DNA of 64,000 nt from an uncultured Gemmatimonadales bacterium (GCA_963783305.1 CAWAMW010000002.1:576001-640000), one strand, 5' to 3'. Numbered from the stretch's first letter, positions 20,343 through 33,130 are shown. The notes: generated from the sequence alone by a model not told the origin. A program made the numbers and translations.

Positions 20343-22540
20343 CAGGCGGCCCGGCGGCCGGCCCTCGAGACCGGCATCTTCTCCTCGTCGGCGGTCCCCC
20401 GCAGCCCAGGATAGGGTGTGCGGTTCACCCAGATGAGGGCGAGCGCGGCGACGAGCCCCACGACCGCGGTCGGGTAGAGCCAGCCGGGCAGGACCGTCTC
20501 CGGGTCCCACCAGCCGAGGTAGCTCGGTGCGAGCGCCACGGCATTGTTCAGCGCGTGCCAGAGCATGGCCGGGAAGATCGATCCGGTGGCGAGCGTAACG
20601 CCCGTGAGCACGATCCCGAGATAGCTGACGGGAACGATCCGGAAGAGGTCTACGTGGAAGAGGCCGAAGATGACGCCGGCCACCACCGCCAGCGCCGCTG
20701 GCCGGAACCGCCGCCGCAGTCCGTAGAGCAGTACACCGCGGAACGCGATCTCCTCGCAGATCCCCGGCAGCACCGCCAGGAACAGCAGGATCTGCCAGAG
20801 CGGGAGCTCTTCCGGCAGCATGAACTGCCCGAACGACTCCATCACCTGCTCGGGGATCGGGAAGATCCGCTGTGCCAGTTGCGCGATGCCGATCGCCACG
20901 ATGAAGGAGGACGGCGCGCCCAGCAGCACCCCGAGCCATACGGCCGGCCGGGGCATTCGGAGGGCGAGAGCGCGGCGCGGATCCAGTCGGTACCGTCGGA
21001 TCATCAGGATCGACGCGCCCATGAAGAGTCCCACCACGTTGAACAGCACCTGCCCCCGGATCTCCAGCTCGCTGGTGAACCAGAGGGCGGAGAGGAAGAA
21101 GACCACCCAGAGGACAGCGAACCAGCGGAGCACGCGGCGCGGGAAGAGCGCCGGTCCGCCGTGCAGGTCGGCCTCATCCAGCTCGGCAGCGCTGATGAGC
21201 TTCTCGGTGGAGAGGGTCCTCTCGGTCAGGGTCGCCAGCCATGCGGCCACCGCCGTGGTGCTGAGGATCGTTATGGCCAGGAATACCCAGTCGTACTGCC
21301 CCACCAGCACCTCCCGGACGGCCACGCTGATGTTGGCCAGCGGGAGCACCGAGATCACGGACGCCAGCTCCATCCCCGGCAACACGGCCGTCAGCGACGG
21401 GAGCAGGAAGAGGATCATGACGGGGAAGAAGTAGATCTGGTACTCCTTGTAGCTCTTGGAGTATCCGGACAGCATGAGCAGCACGCTCGACATCAGCACG
21501 GTGAGGGGCAGGAACAGCAGGAGCAGGATCACGACCGCCACGGGCGGCACGCTGATCACGAATCGCTCGGGCAGCTCGAAGAGGCCCAGCCCCAGGAACA
21601 ACCCGAGCTCCGCCACGTTGATGACCGTGATCGCGATCCCCACCGTGATGATCAGGAGCTGCTTGGCCTTGACGATGTCCGATCGGCGGACCGATGTCGT
21701 GAGCAGCGTCTCCAGCGTCCCGCGCTCCTTCTCACCCGAGATGGCGTCGGCGGCCACGACGGAGCCACCGCTGAGCATCATCATGATGAGGATGGGCGTA
21801 AGCCACAGCGCGAGCTGGGCCCCGCTCTCCCGCTCGGCGCTCGCGACGCCCACCGCCTCCACCGCCGCCACCGCCTCGGGCTCCACCGGGAGCCCCGCCT
21901 CGCGGTAGGCGGTATTACGGCGGTCCTCCCGCAGCGCTTCGAGCTGCCGCCTCAACGCGCTCGCCGCCTCCTGCGACGACTCCCTGTTCCCCCGGAACCG
22001 CAGCCGGATCATCGGGACGTCCGGGACCGTCGCGCTCTCGAGCTCCGACGACAACGCTGCCACGGCAGCCTCGCCGTCCAGTCCGCGTCCCGCGGCCTCT
22101 TCCCGCGCTTCCGCGAGCCGGGCGGCGCGTGCCGAGTCGCGCACCGACCGCGCCTCGGCGACGGAGAGCCCCTCCACTACGACCTCGATCTCCCCCGCCA
22201 TCAGCGCGGAGTCCGGCTCCGCCGGCTGCACCTCCGTGAACGTGTTCGCGGCGTCGGCACGGTTCCCGGGCACATCCCGCTCACCACCCGTGACGGGCAG
22301 CGACAGCGCCTCGCGGATCAGATCACGGGCCAGAGCCGGTTCGGATCCCACCACCGCGTACTCGTACGTCCGCTCCTCCCTCCGCTCCTCCGCCCGGCTC
22401 TCAGAGTAGCGCATGAGGAAGATGAAGGCGGGGATGATGAGCAGCGGCAGGATGATGGAGAAGAAGATCATCCGCTTGTCGCGGAGCAGCATCTTCAGCT
22501 CGTAGCGGTACAGCGTGCGGAGGGAGCTCGATCCGGCCAT
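20342..22540 (-). CDS. NatB-like ABC permease fused to a CPBP (Abi/CAAX) intramembrane protease
   Basis: [12 protein letters not shown] permease motif; C-terminal EEIAFRG, FGLFH and HALNN CPBP motifs. Confidence 0.88.
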   Translation of the reverse strand: MAGSSSLRTLYRYELKMLLRDKRMIFFSIILPLLIIPAFIFLMRYSESRAEERREERTYEYAVVGSEPALARDLIREALSLPVTGGERDVPGNRADAANTFTEVQPAEPDSALMAGEIEVVVEGLSVAEARSVRDSARAARLAEAREEAAGRGLDGEAAVAALSSELESATVPDVPMIRLRFRGNRESSQEAASALRRQLEALREDRRNTAYREAGLPVEPEAVAAVEAVGVASAERESGAQLALWLTPILIMMMLSGGSVVAADAISGEKERGTLETLLTTSVRRSDIVKAKQLLIITVGIAITVINVAELGLFLGLGLFELPERFVISVPPVAVVILLLLFLPLTVLMSSVLLMLSGYSKSYKEYQIYFFPVMILFLLPSLTAVLPGMELASVISVLPLANISVAVREVLVGQYDWVFLAITILSTTAVAAWLATLTERTLSTEKLISAAELDEADLHGGPALFPRRVLRWFAVLWVVFFLSALWFTSELEIRGQVLFNVVGLFMGASILMIRRYRLDPRRALALRMPRPAVWLGVLLGAPSSFIVAIGIAQLAQRIFPIPEQVMESFGQFMLPEELPLWQILLFLAVLPGICEEIAFRGVLLYGLRRRFRPAALAVVAGVIFGLFHVDLFRIVPVSYLGIVLTGVTLATGSIFPAMLWHALNNAVALAPSYLGWWDPETVLPGWLYPTAVVGLVAALALIWVNRTPYPGLRGTADEEKMPVSRAGRRAA

Positions 22541-22543
22541 GGG

Positions 22544-23326
22544 TCAGACGCTCGATCCCGGGGCGGCCACGCGATCCGGCTGGCCACCCACGTAGTGGAC
22601 GAAGATGTCTTCCAGGTAGTGCTCCTGGGTGTGGTCCCGGAGTCCCTGCAGCGTGTTCGAGGCCAGGATCCGGCCCCGGTGGATGATGGCGATCTGGTCG
22701 CAGAGCTTCTCGGCCTCGCTCATGATGTGGGTGGAGAAGATGATGGTCTTCCCGCTGTCCCTCAGCTCGCGGATCACCCGTTGCATCTCCAGCGCGGCCA
22801 TGACGTCCAGCCCCACGCTCGGCTCATCGAAGATCAGCACGGGCGGGTCGTGCGCGATGGTCCGCGCGATGGAGACCTTCTGCTTCATGCCGCTGGACAG
22901 CTTCTCCACGCGCGCGTCCGCGTACTCCGTGATCCCGAAGCGCTGGATCAGCTCTTCCACCCGCGCCCGCACCCGGTCCGGCGGGTAATGGTTGATCCGG
23001 GCGAAGAACTCGAGCGTCTCCCGGGCGGTGAGTCGTGGGTAGAGCGCGGTCGAAGCCGAGTAGAAGCCCAGGCTGCGCCGCACGGCCTCCGGCTCCTCCT
23101 CCACTCCGTGCCCCATGACGCGCGCGCTGCCAGTGCTCGGCTGGAGGATGGTGGCGAGGATCCGCAGCGTCGTCGTCTTCCCGGCGCCGTTCGCCCCCAG
23201 CAGCCCGAAGATCTCGCCCTCATGGCATTCGAAGCTGATGCCATCCACCGCCCTTACCTCCCCGCGCCCCTCGTCGTAGAAGAGCTTCGTGAGGTCTTCG
23301 ACCATTACTGGTCTGTCCATGATCAA
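22544..23326 (-). CDS. NatA-like ABC ATP-binding protein
   Basis: GANGAGKT, LSSGMKQK, FDEP, STHIMSE. Confidence 0.92.
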   Translation of the reverse strand: MIMDRPVMVEDLTKLFYDEGRGEVRAVDGISFECHEGEIFGLLGANGAGKTTTLRILATILQPSTGSARVMGHGVEEEPEAVRRSLGFYSASTALYPRLTARETLEFFARINHYPPDRVRARVEELIQRFGITEYADARVEKLSSGMKQKVSIARTIAHDPPVLIFDEPSVGLDVMAALEMQRVIRELRDSGKTIIFSTHIMSEAEKLCDQIAIIHRGRILASNTLQGLRDHTQEHYLEDIFVHYVGGQPDRVAAPGSSV

Positions 23327-23357
23327 CTCTCTCGCTCGATGCAGTACAGGAATGCCA

Positions 23358-24647
23358 TCACTTGCGGACCGCCCCTCGGGCTTCCCCCTTCTTCAGGACG
23401 CGCTCCTTGAAGAACTTCCAGAAATTGCCATCGTAGGATCCGACCAGCAGGTCCTCAAAGCTCAGGACATAGCGGGCGAGCGCGAGGCTCGCCGCAACCA
23501 GCGCCACCACGACCAGCAGCGTCTCCCCGATATAGAGCCACTGGTACGTGCCCTGGAACGCCTCCCGGATCATCATGATCACGTTGGCCACCGGGATGGC
23601 CGCGAGCTGTGCGTCCAGCTCCAGATCCGGCTGGTTGACCAGCAAGGTCGGCAGGAGCGCCAGGTAGTAGACGGGCACGACCATGGCCTGACCGTCCTTG
23701 AAGGTCTGGGCGAACGTCGCCAGGACCATCATCAGCGCGGCGAAGAGCAGCGCCAGCCCAATGGCGCCGATCATCATGACCGGGATCGCGGGTGCGGGGA
23801 TCGTAAACTCGACGCTCGCCGCACCGCCCATGAGCGGGCCCAGCAGCGCACCGATGGTGACCAGCATGGCCATCACGTTCAGGAGCCCCGCGGCAATGCC
23901 GAACGTGGCCACGTACAGGTACTTCGCCACGAGCACGCTGGTTCGTGACGCGGAGACGGTCATGAGGGTCTCCCACGTGGAGCGCTCGCGCTCACCCGCC
24001 GTGGAATCGACCGCCGGATAGAAGCAGCCCAGGGCCACCATGATCACCAGCAGCAGCGGGATCACGAGCGACAGGATGAAGCCCCCCATCTCGCTCTCCG
24101 ACGCCACGTTCTCGCGCCCCACGTCGAACTGGACCAGCCGCTCAGGGCTGATGTCCAGCGCGGCCACCTCCCGCTCCAGCCACTCCGCCCGGTATTCGCT
24201 CACCACGCCCTCGACCCGTTCCCGCGCCCGCCTGCTCCGATCCTCCGACTGGTCATAGGTGACGCGGGCGAGGAAGTTGCCCGGCAGCGCGGAAGCGGTC
24301 TCCGGCGCCGGCTCGAAGGAGACGACCGCGTCCAGGTCGCCCGCCCGCACCGCCTCCTCCGCCGCCTCGACCGTAGCCGGCGGATCCGCGATCAGCTGGA
24401 CGCTCTTCATCACCACGAGCGAATCCCGGATCGCCGCGTGCCGCGACTCGAGTCCGTACAGCGCCACCCGGGACGTGGACCCCTCCGACATCCCCTGCAC
24501 CAGCGTCATCGCGCTCAACGCAGCCCACATGAGCACCGGGTACAGCAGGATCGGCATGAGGATGCTGTTCACGACGATGGCGCGCTCGCGCAGCGCGCTC
24601 CGCAGCTCATGCCGGTAGAGGAGCCAGATCTCTCGTCGGTTCATCAA
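23358..24647 (-). CDS. NatB-like ABC permease
   Basis: AVDSTAGERERSTWETL...AKY; multiple TMs. Confidence 0.87.
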   Translation of the reverse strand: MMNRREIWLLYRHELRSALRERAIVVNSILMPILLYPVLMWAALSAMTLVQGMSEGSTSRVALYGLESRHAAIRDSLVVMKSVQLIADPPATVEAAEEAVRAGDLDAVVSFEPAPETASALPGNFLARVTYDQSEDRSRRARERVEGVVSEYRAEWLEREVAALDISPERLVQFDVGRENVASESEMGGFILSLVIPLLLVIMVALGCFYPAVDSTAGERERSTWETLMTVSASRTSVLVAKYLYVATFGIAAGLLNVMAMLVTIGALLGPLMGGAASVEFTIPAPAIPVMMIGAIGLALLFAALMMVLATFAQTFKDGQAMVVPVYYLALLPTLLVNQPDLELDAQLAAIPVANVIMMIREAFQGTYQWLYIGETLLVVVALVAASLALARYVLSFEDLLVGSYDGNFWKFFKERVLKKGEARGAVRK

Positions 24648-24921
24648 CGGGGTTCGGTCTCGGGAATCAGAGGGACGCTCGGTGTGCGTACGCCGGCCGC
24701 AGCCAATGGCTTCAAAGCTCGGACCTGCAAGGGTTTGGGGCGCGCCAGCCTCAAGCTATGTGCCGCGGCTGGCGCCGGGCAACCGGCATGTCGCGAGCCC
24801 GGTCCGGGCTGTCGCGAGGCGCGTCGCAGCGGGGACGGCCGCTCCCGGACGCCGAAACTCCGGCGGCCGACATGACGTACGTCCCCCAGCGGCACGTCCA
24901 TCGATCAGCGGGGTGAGCAAC

Positions 24922-26022
24922 ATGAAACGCAGGGGCAAGATCATCATGGGCACGACCCTCGGGCTGGTGGTCCTGGGGGGCGCCACCGTCGTGGCCCGGG
25001 GCGACAGCGGGAGCGAGAGCATGGCCCGCAGCGTAGTGGTGGAGCGGGGCACGGTGGTGGCCAAGGCGCTGGCGGTGGGCACCGTGGAGCCGGAGATCGA
25101 GATCACGGTCAAGTCCAAGGTCTCGGGCGTGGTGGCGCGGGCGTTCGCCGAAGAGGGCGACTTCGTGAGCGCGGGGGATCCGCTGCTGGAGATCCGACCG
25201 GACCCGACTCCGCTGGAGCTGGTGGAGGCGCGCCGGGCGCTGGAGCTCCGGGGCATTGCGGTGGACAACCTGCGGAAGGAGCGGGACCGCATGCGCACGC
25301 TGGTGGCTCGTGACCTGGTCTCGCGCCAGGACCTGGACACAGCGGAGCGTGCGTTCCGCGAGGCCGACCTCCAGCTCACCACGGCGCGTGACCGCCTCCA
25401 GCTCCTGGAGACCGGCAAGGTAACGAGCTCCGATGGCGCGGTTCAGAGCGTCGTCCGCTCACCCATCACCGGCTACATCCTCCAGAAGATGGTGGAGGTG
25501 GGCGACCCGGTGACTCCGCTGTCGACGTATCAGGAGGGCACCGTTCTCATGACCATGGCGGACATGAACCGGCTCGTCTTCCGCGGCACGGTGGACGAGA
25601 TCGACGTGGGTCGGCTACGGGAGGGGATGCCCGTGAGCATCAGCGTGGGCGCACTCCCCGGACACACCGTGGACGGCTTCCTCGCCCGGATCTCGCTCAA
25701 GGCGCGCACGGAGGAGAGCGCGACCGTGTTCCCGGTGGAAATCGGGATCCAGGTGCCGGAAGAGATCCAGCTGAGAGCCGGCTTCAGCGCCAACGCCGAC
25801 ATCCTCATGGAGGAGCGACTGGACGTGCTGGTGGTCCCGGAGCGTGTGGTGACGTTCGAGGGCGACTCGGCGTGGGTCGAGGTGCCCGGCAGCGGTGAAA
25901 GCCGCGTCCGGCGCGCGATCCGTACGGGGCTCAGCGACGCCATCACCGTCGAGGTGCTGGACGGCCTCGAGGAGGGCGAGGTCGTGCTGGAGAAGCCGCT
26001 CAAGACCGTCGCCGACGGCTGA
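24922..26022 (+). CDS. Periplasmic adaptor (MacA/HlyD-like MFP)
   Basis: VKSKVSGVV...EGDFV, VRSPITG, VDEIDVG; start at MKRRGK. Confidence 0.9.
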   Translation: MKRRGKIIMGTTLGLVVLGGATVVARGDSGSESMARSVVVERGTVVAKALAVGTVEPEIEITVKSKVSGVVARAFAEEGDFVSAGDPLLEIRPDPTPLELVEARRALELRGIAVDNLRKERDRMRTLVARDLVSRQDLDTAERAFREADLQLTTARDRLQLLETGKVTSSDGAVQSVVRSPITGYILQKMVEVGDPVTPLSTYQEGTVLMTMADMNRLVFRGTVDEIDVGRLREGMPVSISVGALPGHTVDGFLARISLKARTEESATVFPVEIGIQVPEEIQLRAGFSANADILMEERLDVLVVPERVVTFEGDSAWVEVPGSGESRVRRAIRTGLSDAITVEVLDGLEEGEVVLEKPLKTVADG

Positions 26023-26040
26023 GGCCGGAGCATCACGCGC

Positions 26041-27279
26041 ATGAGACTCGGCTCCCTCCTCGCCCAGCTCCTGGACGACCTCCGACGGCAGCGCCTGCGG
26101 ACCGCGCTCACCGTCCTGGGGATCACCTGGGGCACCACCGCGGTCATCACCCTGCTCGCGTTCGGCACCGGATTCCAGCGCCAGATGGTGGTGAACGCCC
26201 GCGGCATGGGCGACGGCATCGTCCTGGTGCGTGGCAACCGCACCACGCTTCCCTTCCGCGGCTTCCCGGAACGCCGCCGGATCGGTCTGGTGGAAGAGGA
26301 TGCAGAGCTGCTGGCCCGGGAGGTCCCGGAGATCGACCTCATCACGCCGGAGTACGGGACGTGGGGGCGTCGGATCAGCCGGAACGACAAGCGGACGGAG
26401 ATCTTCATGACGGGCGTCCACCCCGAGTACGGGGAGCTGAGGAACGTGTTCGCCGCGGACGGCGGGCGGTTCCTCAACGAGCAGGACGTGGCCGATCAGC
26501 GCCGGGTGCTGGTGCTCGGGGACGAGGTGAAGGAGCTGCTCTTCGGCGATGACGAGGCGGTGGGCGGCGAAGTGTTCCTGGGTCGTACGCCGTTCACGGT
26601 GGTGGGTGTGATGGCGCCGAAGTCACAGAACTCCTCGTACAACGCGCGCGACAAGGACCGGGTCTTCATTCCCATCACCACCTACCGGGCGATGGAGGGG
26701 AGCCGCAACGTCAGCTACCTGCTCTACCGTCCGGTGGATCCCGAGCTTTCGGGCGCCGCCAACACGGGGATCCGTGAGGTCCTGGGCCGCAAGTACGCCT
26801 TCGACCCAGCCGATGAGGACGCCCTCTCGATCTGGGACACCAACGAGATGATGAAGATGTTCAAATACCTCTTCATCGGCTTCAACCTCTTCCTGGGCAT
26901 CGTGGGCAGCTTTACGCTGGTGGTGGGCGGTGTGGGGGTGGCCAACATCATGTTCGTCGTCGTGCAGGAGCGGACCCGTGAGATCGGCATCCGCCGGAGC
27001 GTGGGCGCCCGTCGTCGTGACGTGCTCGCGCAGGTCCTGCTCGAGGCCTTTCTCATCGTGGTGGCCGGCGCCGCCATCGGCTTCGTCATCTCCGTGGGGA
27101 TCACGAAGGTGATCGCCCTCCTGCCCATCGAGGAGTTCGTCGGTGTGCCCACCATCTCGGCCCCCGTCACGCTGCTCACCGCCGGGCTCCTGGCCGTGGT
27201 GGCCCTGGCCGCCGGACTCATGCCGGCGCGCAGGGCCGCCGCCCTCGACCCGGCCGACGCGCTCCGCTGGAGCACCTGA
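26041..27279 (+). CDS. MacB/FtsX-type ABC permease (no NBD)
   Basis: RTALTVLGITWG, GRFLN, GVANIMFVVVQERTREIGIRRSVGA. Confidence 0.92.
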   Translation: MRLGSLLAQLLDDLRRQRLRTALTVLGITWGTTAVITLLAFGTGFQRQMVVNARGMGDGIVLVRGNRTTLPFRGFPERRRIGLVEEDAELLAREVPEIDLITPEYGTWGRRISRNDKRTEIFMTGVHPEYGELRNVFAADGGRFLNEQDVADQRRVLVLGDEVKELLFGDDEAVGGEVFLGRTPFTVVGVMAPKSQNSSYNARDKDRVFIPITTYRAMEGSRNVSYLLYRPVDPELSGAANTGIREVLGRKYAFDPADEDALSIWDTNEMMKMFKYLFIGFNLFLGIVGSFTLVVGGVGVANIMFVVVQERTREIGIRRSVGARRRDVLAQVLLEAFLIVVAGAAIGFVISVGITKVIALLPIEEFVGVPTISAPVTLLTAGLLAVVALAAGLMPARRAAALDPADALRWST

Positions 27280-27290
27280 GGGGGCCGGCC

Positions 27291-28535
27291 ATGTTTCGAC
27301 TGCTCATTGGCGAGTTCTGGGCCGACCTGAAGGTCCAGCGCACGCGCGCGCTGCTGACGCTGTTCGCGGTGTTCTGGGGGACGCTCACCATCGTGCTCCT
27401 GCTGGCGTTCGGCGAGGGTCTGAAGCGGGCCGTGGTGGAAGCCATGGTGGGGGCGGGGTCACGCATGTTCATGGTCTATGGCGGCGAGACCACCGAGCCG
27501 TTCCAGGGGCTCCCCGGCGGGCGGCGGATCGGCCTCGTGGAGGCGGATCTCGACCTGATCATGCGGAGCATCCCGCAGGTGGATGGTGGAAGCGTCTCCT
27601 ACGGCCGTGGCGGCACGCTCCTCGAGTCCAACGCCATCACCACCACCACGATGATGGAGGGGGTGCACCCCGATTTCGCCGAGCTCCGGTCCATGTTCCC
27701 GGTGGCGGGCGGGCGATTCCTGAACCAGCGCGACCTGGACGAGCGACGCCGCGTCCTCTTCCTCGGCGACTCCATCGCCAGCCGACTCTTCCCTGCGGGT
27801 GACGCAGTGGGAGGGATCGTGCGGATCGACGGGCTGCCGTTCACGGTGGTGGGCACCATGGCAAAGAAGGCGCAGAGCGGCATGAACAATGGCCCCGACG
27901 CGGACCGCGCCATCATCCCCGCGAGCACCCTCCGCACCATGTACGGCCCCACCCGTGTAAGCCACCTGCTGGTCAGACCCCGGGACGTCACCGAGGCGGC
28001 GCTGGTGAAGCGCCGGCTCTACGAGGTGCTCGGCTCGCGCTACTCCTTCGATCCCGACGACACGCGCGCCCTCTGGATGTGGGATTTCGTCGAGGACGAG
28101 CGCATGACCCGCAATATCGGCGTGGGCATCCAGATCTTCCTGGGCGCCGTGGGCGCGCTGACGCTCATTGTGGCGGGCGTGGGCGTGGCGAACATCATGT
28201 ACGTCGTGGTCCGCGACCGCACCCGGGAGATCGGCGTCAAGCTGGCCGTGGGCGCGCGGCGCCGGCATATCATGGCGCAATTCGTCTTCGAGGCCGTGCT
28301 CGTGTGCATGGCGGGCGGGCTGGCGGGTCTCGGGCTGGGGGCTGGCATCGTGGCCGCGGTCGCCAGTCTCCCCGATGGCAACGAGGCCATGTTCTACATC
28401 GCCAACCCGACGCTCTCGTGGCCCATCACTCTGGCCACCGTCGGGATCCTCGTGGCGATCGGCGTCCTCGCCGGCGTGTTCCCCGCCCGGAAAGCCGCCT
28501 CCCTCGACCCGGTGGAGTCCCTCCGTTACGAGTAG
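27291..28535 (+). CDS. MacB/FtsX-type ABC permease (no NBD)
   Basis: Paralogue of the preceding gene; RTREIGVKLAVGA, PARKAASLDPVESLRYE. Confidence 0.92.
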   Translation: MFRLLIGEFWADLKVQRTRALLTLFAVFWGTLTIVLLLAFGEGLKRAVVEAMVGAGSRMFMVYGGETTEPFQGLPGGRRIGLVEADLDLIMRSIPQVDGGSVSYGRGGTLLESNAITTTTMMEGVHPDFAELRSMFPVAGGRFLNQRDLDERRRVLFLGDSIASRLFPAGDAVGGIVRIDGLPFTVVGTMAKKAQSGMNNGPDADRAIIPASTLRTMYGPTRVSHLLVRPRDVTEAALVKRRLYEVLGSRYSFDPDDTRALWMWDFVEDERMTRNIGVGIQIFLGAVGALTLIVAGVGVANIMYVVVRDRTREIGVKLAVGARRRHIMAQFVFEAVLVCMAGGLAGLGLGAGIVAAVASLPDGNEAMFYIANPTLSWPITLATVGILVAIGVLAGVFPARKAASLDPVESLRYE

Positions 28536-28657
28536 CCGCCCTCACGTTGCTTCTCCCGGACGGGCGCTGGCGGGCCGGTTCCTGCACCGCCACACTACAA
28601 CGTCTTCCGGACGGGAGGCGTCTCGCTAGGGCACAGGAACCGAAAACGGAGGAAGCA

Positions 28658-29968
28658 GTGCACGAGGAGATCGCGTCGCATCGGCGCCGGCCGGTGGCGG
28701 CGTTCAGCATGTTCATCATCGGCGTCATGGCGCTGGTGCCGGTGCTCGTCATGCCCGCGGCCGCCGCGGGGCAGGAGGGGGCGCGGGTGCGGGTCTTCCT
28801 CGATTGCCAGATCCACGGCTGCCCCGGGGAGGAGTTCCGGACGGAGATCCAGTTCGTGGACTGGGTTCGGGAACCGACGGCGGCGGACCTCCACGTCATC
28901 CTCACCGGCCAGGGCACCAGCGCCGGGACGGAGTACGTCTTCGACCTGATCGGCCGGAACGATTTCGCCGACCACCCGCTCACGGCCACGGTCAATGTGT
29001 CGGCGACGGCCACCCGGGACGAACGGCTGGGCAGACTGACACGGACGTTCAAGGCGGCACTGGTGGGATACGTGGTGAGACGCGGATATGCAGACCGGAT
29101 CGCCATCACGGACCGGGAGACGGTGGAGGCCGCTTCGCCCCGCCTCGGTCCTGCCCAGGACCCCTGGCACATGTGGGTGTTCACGGTCGGGGCGTCGGGG
29201 CGCGCGGAGGGGGAAGAGCGGCAGCGGGAATACGAGGTGGGGGCCCGGGTAAGCGCGAACCGCACCACGCCCGACTGGAAGATCGACCTCGGTCTGGACG
29301 GTGAATACGTGTACGAGGAGTTCGAGCTGAGCGACGGTACGTTCATCAACCGCGTGGATGAATGGGAGCTGGACGCGCTGGCCGTTCGCAGCATTACGCC
29401 GCACGTATCGGCCGGTGGCGAGATGGAGATCAACAAGTCCACGGAGATCAATCGTCAGCTGGGAGGGAGGGCAGCGGCGGCCGTCGAGTGGAACTACTTC
29501 CCGTACGAGGAAGCCAATCGGCGCCAGCTCCTCGTTCACTACCAGCTCGGCTACTCCCTGGTCCGGTACATCGACGAGACGGTCCTGGGCAAGCTGGAGG
29601 AGAGCCTGTTCGATCAGCGGATTGCCACCGCCTGGCAGACGCGGGAGCCGTGGGGAGATGGCGCCGTCTACGCCCGATTCTCGAACTACCTGCACGACTG
29701 GTCGCAGTACCGGCTTTCGCTGGGCGCGGATATGAGCATCCGGCTTCTCCCCGGGCTCGACCTGGACCTCAACGGCGATTACAACGTGATCCGCGACCAG
29801 ATCTACCTGTCGGCCGAGGAGCTCGATGACGAGGAGATCGTCGCCGGCGGTCGGCAGCTGCCCACCGGCTACGAATATTTCGTCCGTATCGGCCTCAGCT
29901 ACCGATTCGGGTCCATCTTCAACAACGTGGTGAACAACCGGTTCCCGTCCATCACGCGCCGGTTCTAG
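28658..29968 (+). CDS. Hypothetical outer-membrane beta-barrel protein
   Basis: GGAGG plus GTG start, signal-like segment, VFLDC..C N-domain, amphipathic strands, ends [18 protein letters not shown]. Confidence 0.7.
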   Translation: MHEEIASHRRRPVAAFSMFIIGVMALVPVLVMPAAAAGQEGARVRVFLDCQIHGCPGEEFRTEIQFVDWVREPTAADLHVILTGQGTSAGTEYVFDLIGRNDFADHPLTATVNVSATATRDERLGRLTRTFKAALVGYVVRRGYADRIAITDRETVEAASPRLGPAQDPWHMWVFTVGASGRAEGEERQREYEVGARVSANRTTPDWKIDLGLDGEYVYEEFELSDGTFINRVDEWELDALAVRSITPHVSAGGEMEINKSTEINRQLGGRAAAAVEWNYFPYEEANRRQLLVHYQLGYSLVRYIDETVLGKLEESLFDQRIATAWQTREPWGDGAVYARFSNYLHDWSQYRLSLGADMSIRLLPGLDLDLNGDYNVIRDQIYLSAEELDDEEIVAGGRQLPTGYEYFVRIGLSYRFGSIFNNVVNNRFPSITRRF

Positions 29969-30308
29969 ACAGCATCGGGCCGAGGGGTCGCCCGCCCAGC
30001 AGGTGCATGTGGAGGTGGTAGACCTCCTGCCCGGCGTGATCGCGGGTGTTCACGATCAGTCGGAACCCGTCCGCCGCGATCCCCTCATCCTCGGCGATCC
30101 GCCGGGCCACCGTGAACAGGCGCCCGAGCGCGGCCTCGTGGCGCTCCTCCACGTCGGCCACCGTGGCGACCTCCTCGTTCGGGATGATCAGCACGTGCGT
30201 GGGCGCCTGCGCGTTGATGTCGCGGAACGCTGTCACGAGGTCGTCCTGATAAAGCACTTCGGCGTCGATCTCACCACGAACGATCCTGCCGAATATGGTG
30301 TCGGCCAT
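29952..30308 (-). CDS. Histidine triad nucleotide-binding protein (HinT-like)
   Basis: [14 protein letters not shown]...APTHVLIIP...[15 protein letters not shown]. Confidence 0.93.
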   Translation of the reverse strand: MADTIFGRIVRGEIDAEVLYQDDLVTAFRDINAQAPTHVLIIPNEEVATVADVEERHEAALGRLFTVARRIAEDEGIAADGFRLIVNTRDHAGQEVYHLHMHLLGGRPLGPMLSRTGA

Positions 30309-30379
30309 GCGGGTACTCCTTCCGATTGAATGGCGGCCTCCCCGGCCATGGCCGGGTCGACCGGTGCAGGGTCTCCTGC

Positions 30380-31570
<1,191 letters not shown>

Positions 31571-31658
31571 TGTCGTCCAAGCTAGGGCGTAGCTCCGCAC
31601 TCCGCACACCGCCCCGACGCTTGCACCGCCCGCACCGCCCGGCCTACGTTCGCCACCC

Positions 31659-32798
31659 ATGGACTGGAGCGAATGGCGCGGCGAGTTCCCGATCCTCGCC
31701 CAAACGACCTATCTCAACTCCTGTTCCCTCGGCGCTCTCTCGCGCCGGGCGGAGCAGCGGCTGCGGGATTTCCGAAACGAGTGGCACCAGTACGGCGCCT
31801 CCGCCTGGTACGAGACCTGGATGGGACGGCTCGCCGAGCTGCGCGGGCGAGTGGCGGGGATGCTGGCGGCGGACGAGGCCGAGATCGCCCTCGGCGCGTC
31901 GGTCTCCGCGGCGCTCTCTGTCATCGCGTCCGCCATCGACCACCGTCCGCCCCGTCACCGTGTGGTCGTGGCCGAGCTGGACTTCCCCACGCTCGCGTAC
32001 CAGTGGCTGGCGCGGCCGGACGTGGAGGTCGTGCGGGTCCCCAGTGATGACGGTATCGGCATCGACCCGCAGCGGTGGGCGGAGGCCATCGACGAGCGAA
32101 CGGCCGTCGTGGCGACGAGCCACGTGTTCTTCACGACGGGTGCCATCCAGGACCTCGCGTCCATCGCGAAGCTCGCGCACGACGCGGGCGCGCTCTTCAT
32201 CGTGGACGCCTACCAGAGCGCCGGGCAGATCCCCATCGACGTGAGCGCCACGGGTGCGGACGTGCTCATCGCCGGGCCTCTGAAGTGGCTCCTCGGCGGC
32301 CCCGGCCTCGCCTACACGTGGGTGCGACCCCAGCTCGTGGAGACACTCACGCCCACCATCGCGGGGTGGTGGGGCGCCGAGGACCAGTTCGATTTCGACA
32401 TCGGTCGGCTCGACTTCAAGCGCGATGCCCGACGGTTCGAGCTCGGCACCCCGGCGCTGCACACCGTCCACACCGCGCTCGGCGGCCAGCAGATCATCGA
32501 CGAGATCGGCGTGCCGTCGATCCGCGATCGGAACTGCGCCCTTACCGAGCGCCTGATCGCCCGCGCCCGCGACGCCGGGTTCGAGCTCCGGGTCGCCGAC
32601 CATCCCGACGACCGATCGGCCATCGTGATGATCGCGGCCGGGGACCCGCACGACGCCGTCGCGCACCTGGCGGAGGCCCGCATCATCGTGGATGCTCGTC
32701 CCGGCTACGTCCGTGTGTCACCGCACTTCTACAATACGGAGGAGGAGGTGGAGCGCGTGGTGGCGGAGCTCGCCGCCTGGCGAGAGGGACGGTCATGA
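31659..32798 (+). CDS. Class-V PLP enzyme (kynureninase-like)
   Basis: YLNSCSLG, VDAYQSAG, GPLKWLLGGPG, GWWG, RRFELGTP, RVSPHFYN. Confidence 0.85.
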   Translation: MDWSEWRGEFPILAQTTYLNSCSLGALSRRAEQRLRDFRNEWHQYGASAWYETWMGRLAELRGRVAGMLAADEAEIALGASVSAALSVIASAIDHRPPRHRVVVAELDFPTLAYQWLARPDVEVVRVPSDDGIGIDPQRWAEAIDERTAVVATSHVFFTTGAIQDLASIAKLAHDAGALFIVDAYQSAGQIPIDVSATGADVLIAGPLKWLLGGPGLAYTWVRPQLVETLTPTIAGWWGAEDQFDFDIGRLDFKRDARRFELGTPALHTVHTALGGQQIIDEIGVPSIRDRNCALTERLIARARDAGFELRVADHPDDRSAIVMIAAGDPHDAVAHLAEARIIVDARPGYVRVSPHFYNTEEEVERVVAELAAWREGRS

Positions 32799-33130
32799 GG
32801 GAGGGCGAGCTGACGCTGCGGGAGGCCCAGGCGGCCGTGGACCGCTGGATCTCGCGCTTCGAGGAGGGCTACTGGCCACCGCTGGCCAACCTGGCCCGCC
32901 TCACCGAGGAGGTGGGCGAGCTGGCGCGGGAGCTGAACCACCGGTACGGGTCCAAGCCCAAGAAGCCCGACGAGCCCCCCGCCGATCTCGCCCTGGAGCT
33001 CGCCGATGTCCTCTTCGTCCTCCTCACTCTCGCCAACGAGCAGGGGATCGACCTGGAGGACGCCTTCGCACGGGTGCTGGAGAAGTACGAGTCCCGCGAC
33101 GCCGATCGCTGGACGCCGAAGAAGGCGTAG
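32795..33130 (+). CDS. MazG-like nucleotide pyrophosphohydrolase (YpjD-like)
   Basis: LTEEVGELAR...ELADVLF...RDADRW; ATGA coupling to the upstream gene. Confidence 0.9.
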   Translation: MREGELTLREAQAAVDRWISRFEEGYWPPLANLARLTEEVGELARELNHRYGSKPKKPDEPPADLALELADVLFVLLTLANEQGIDLEDAFARVLEKYESRDADRWTPKKA

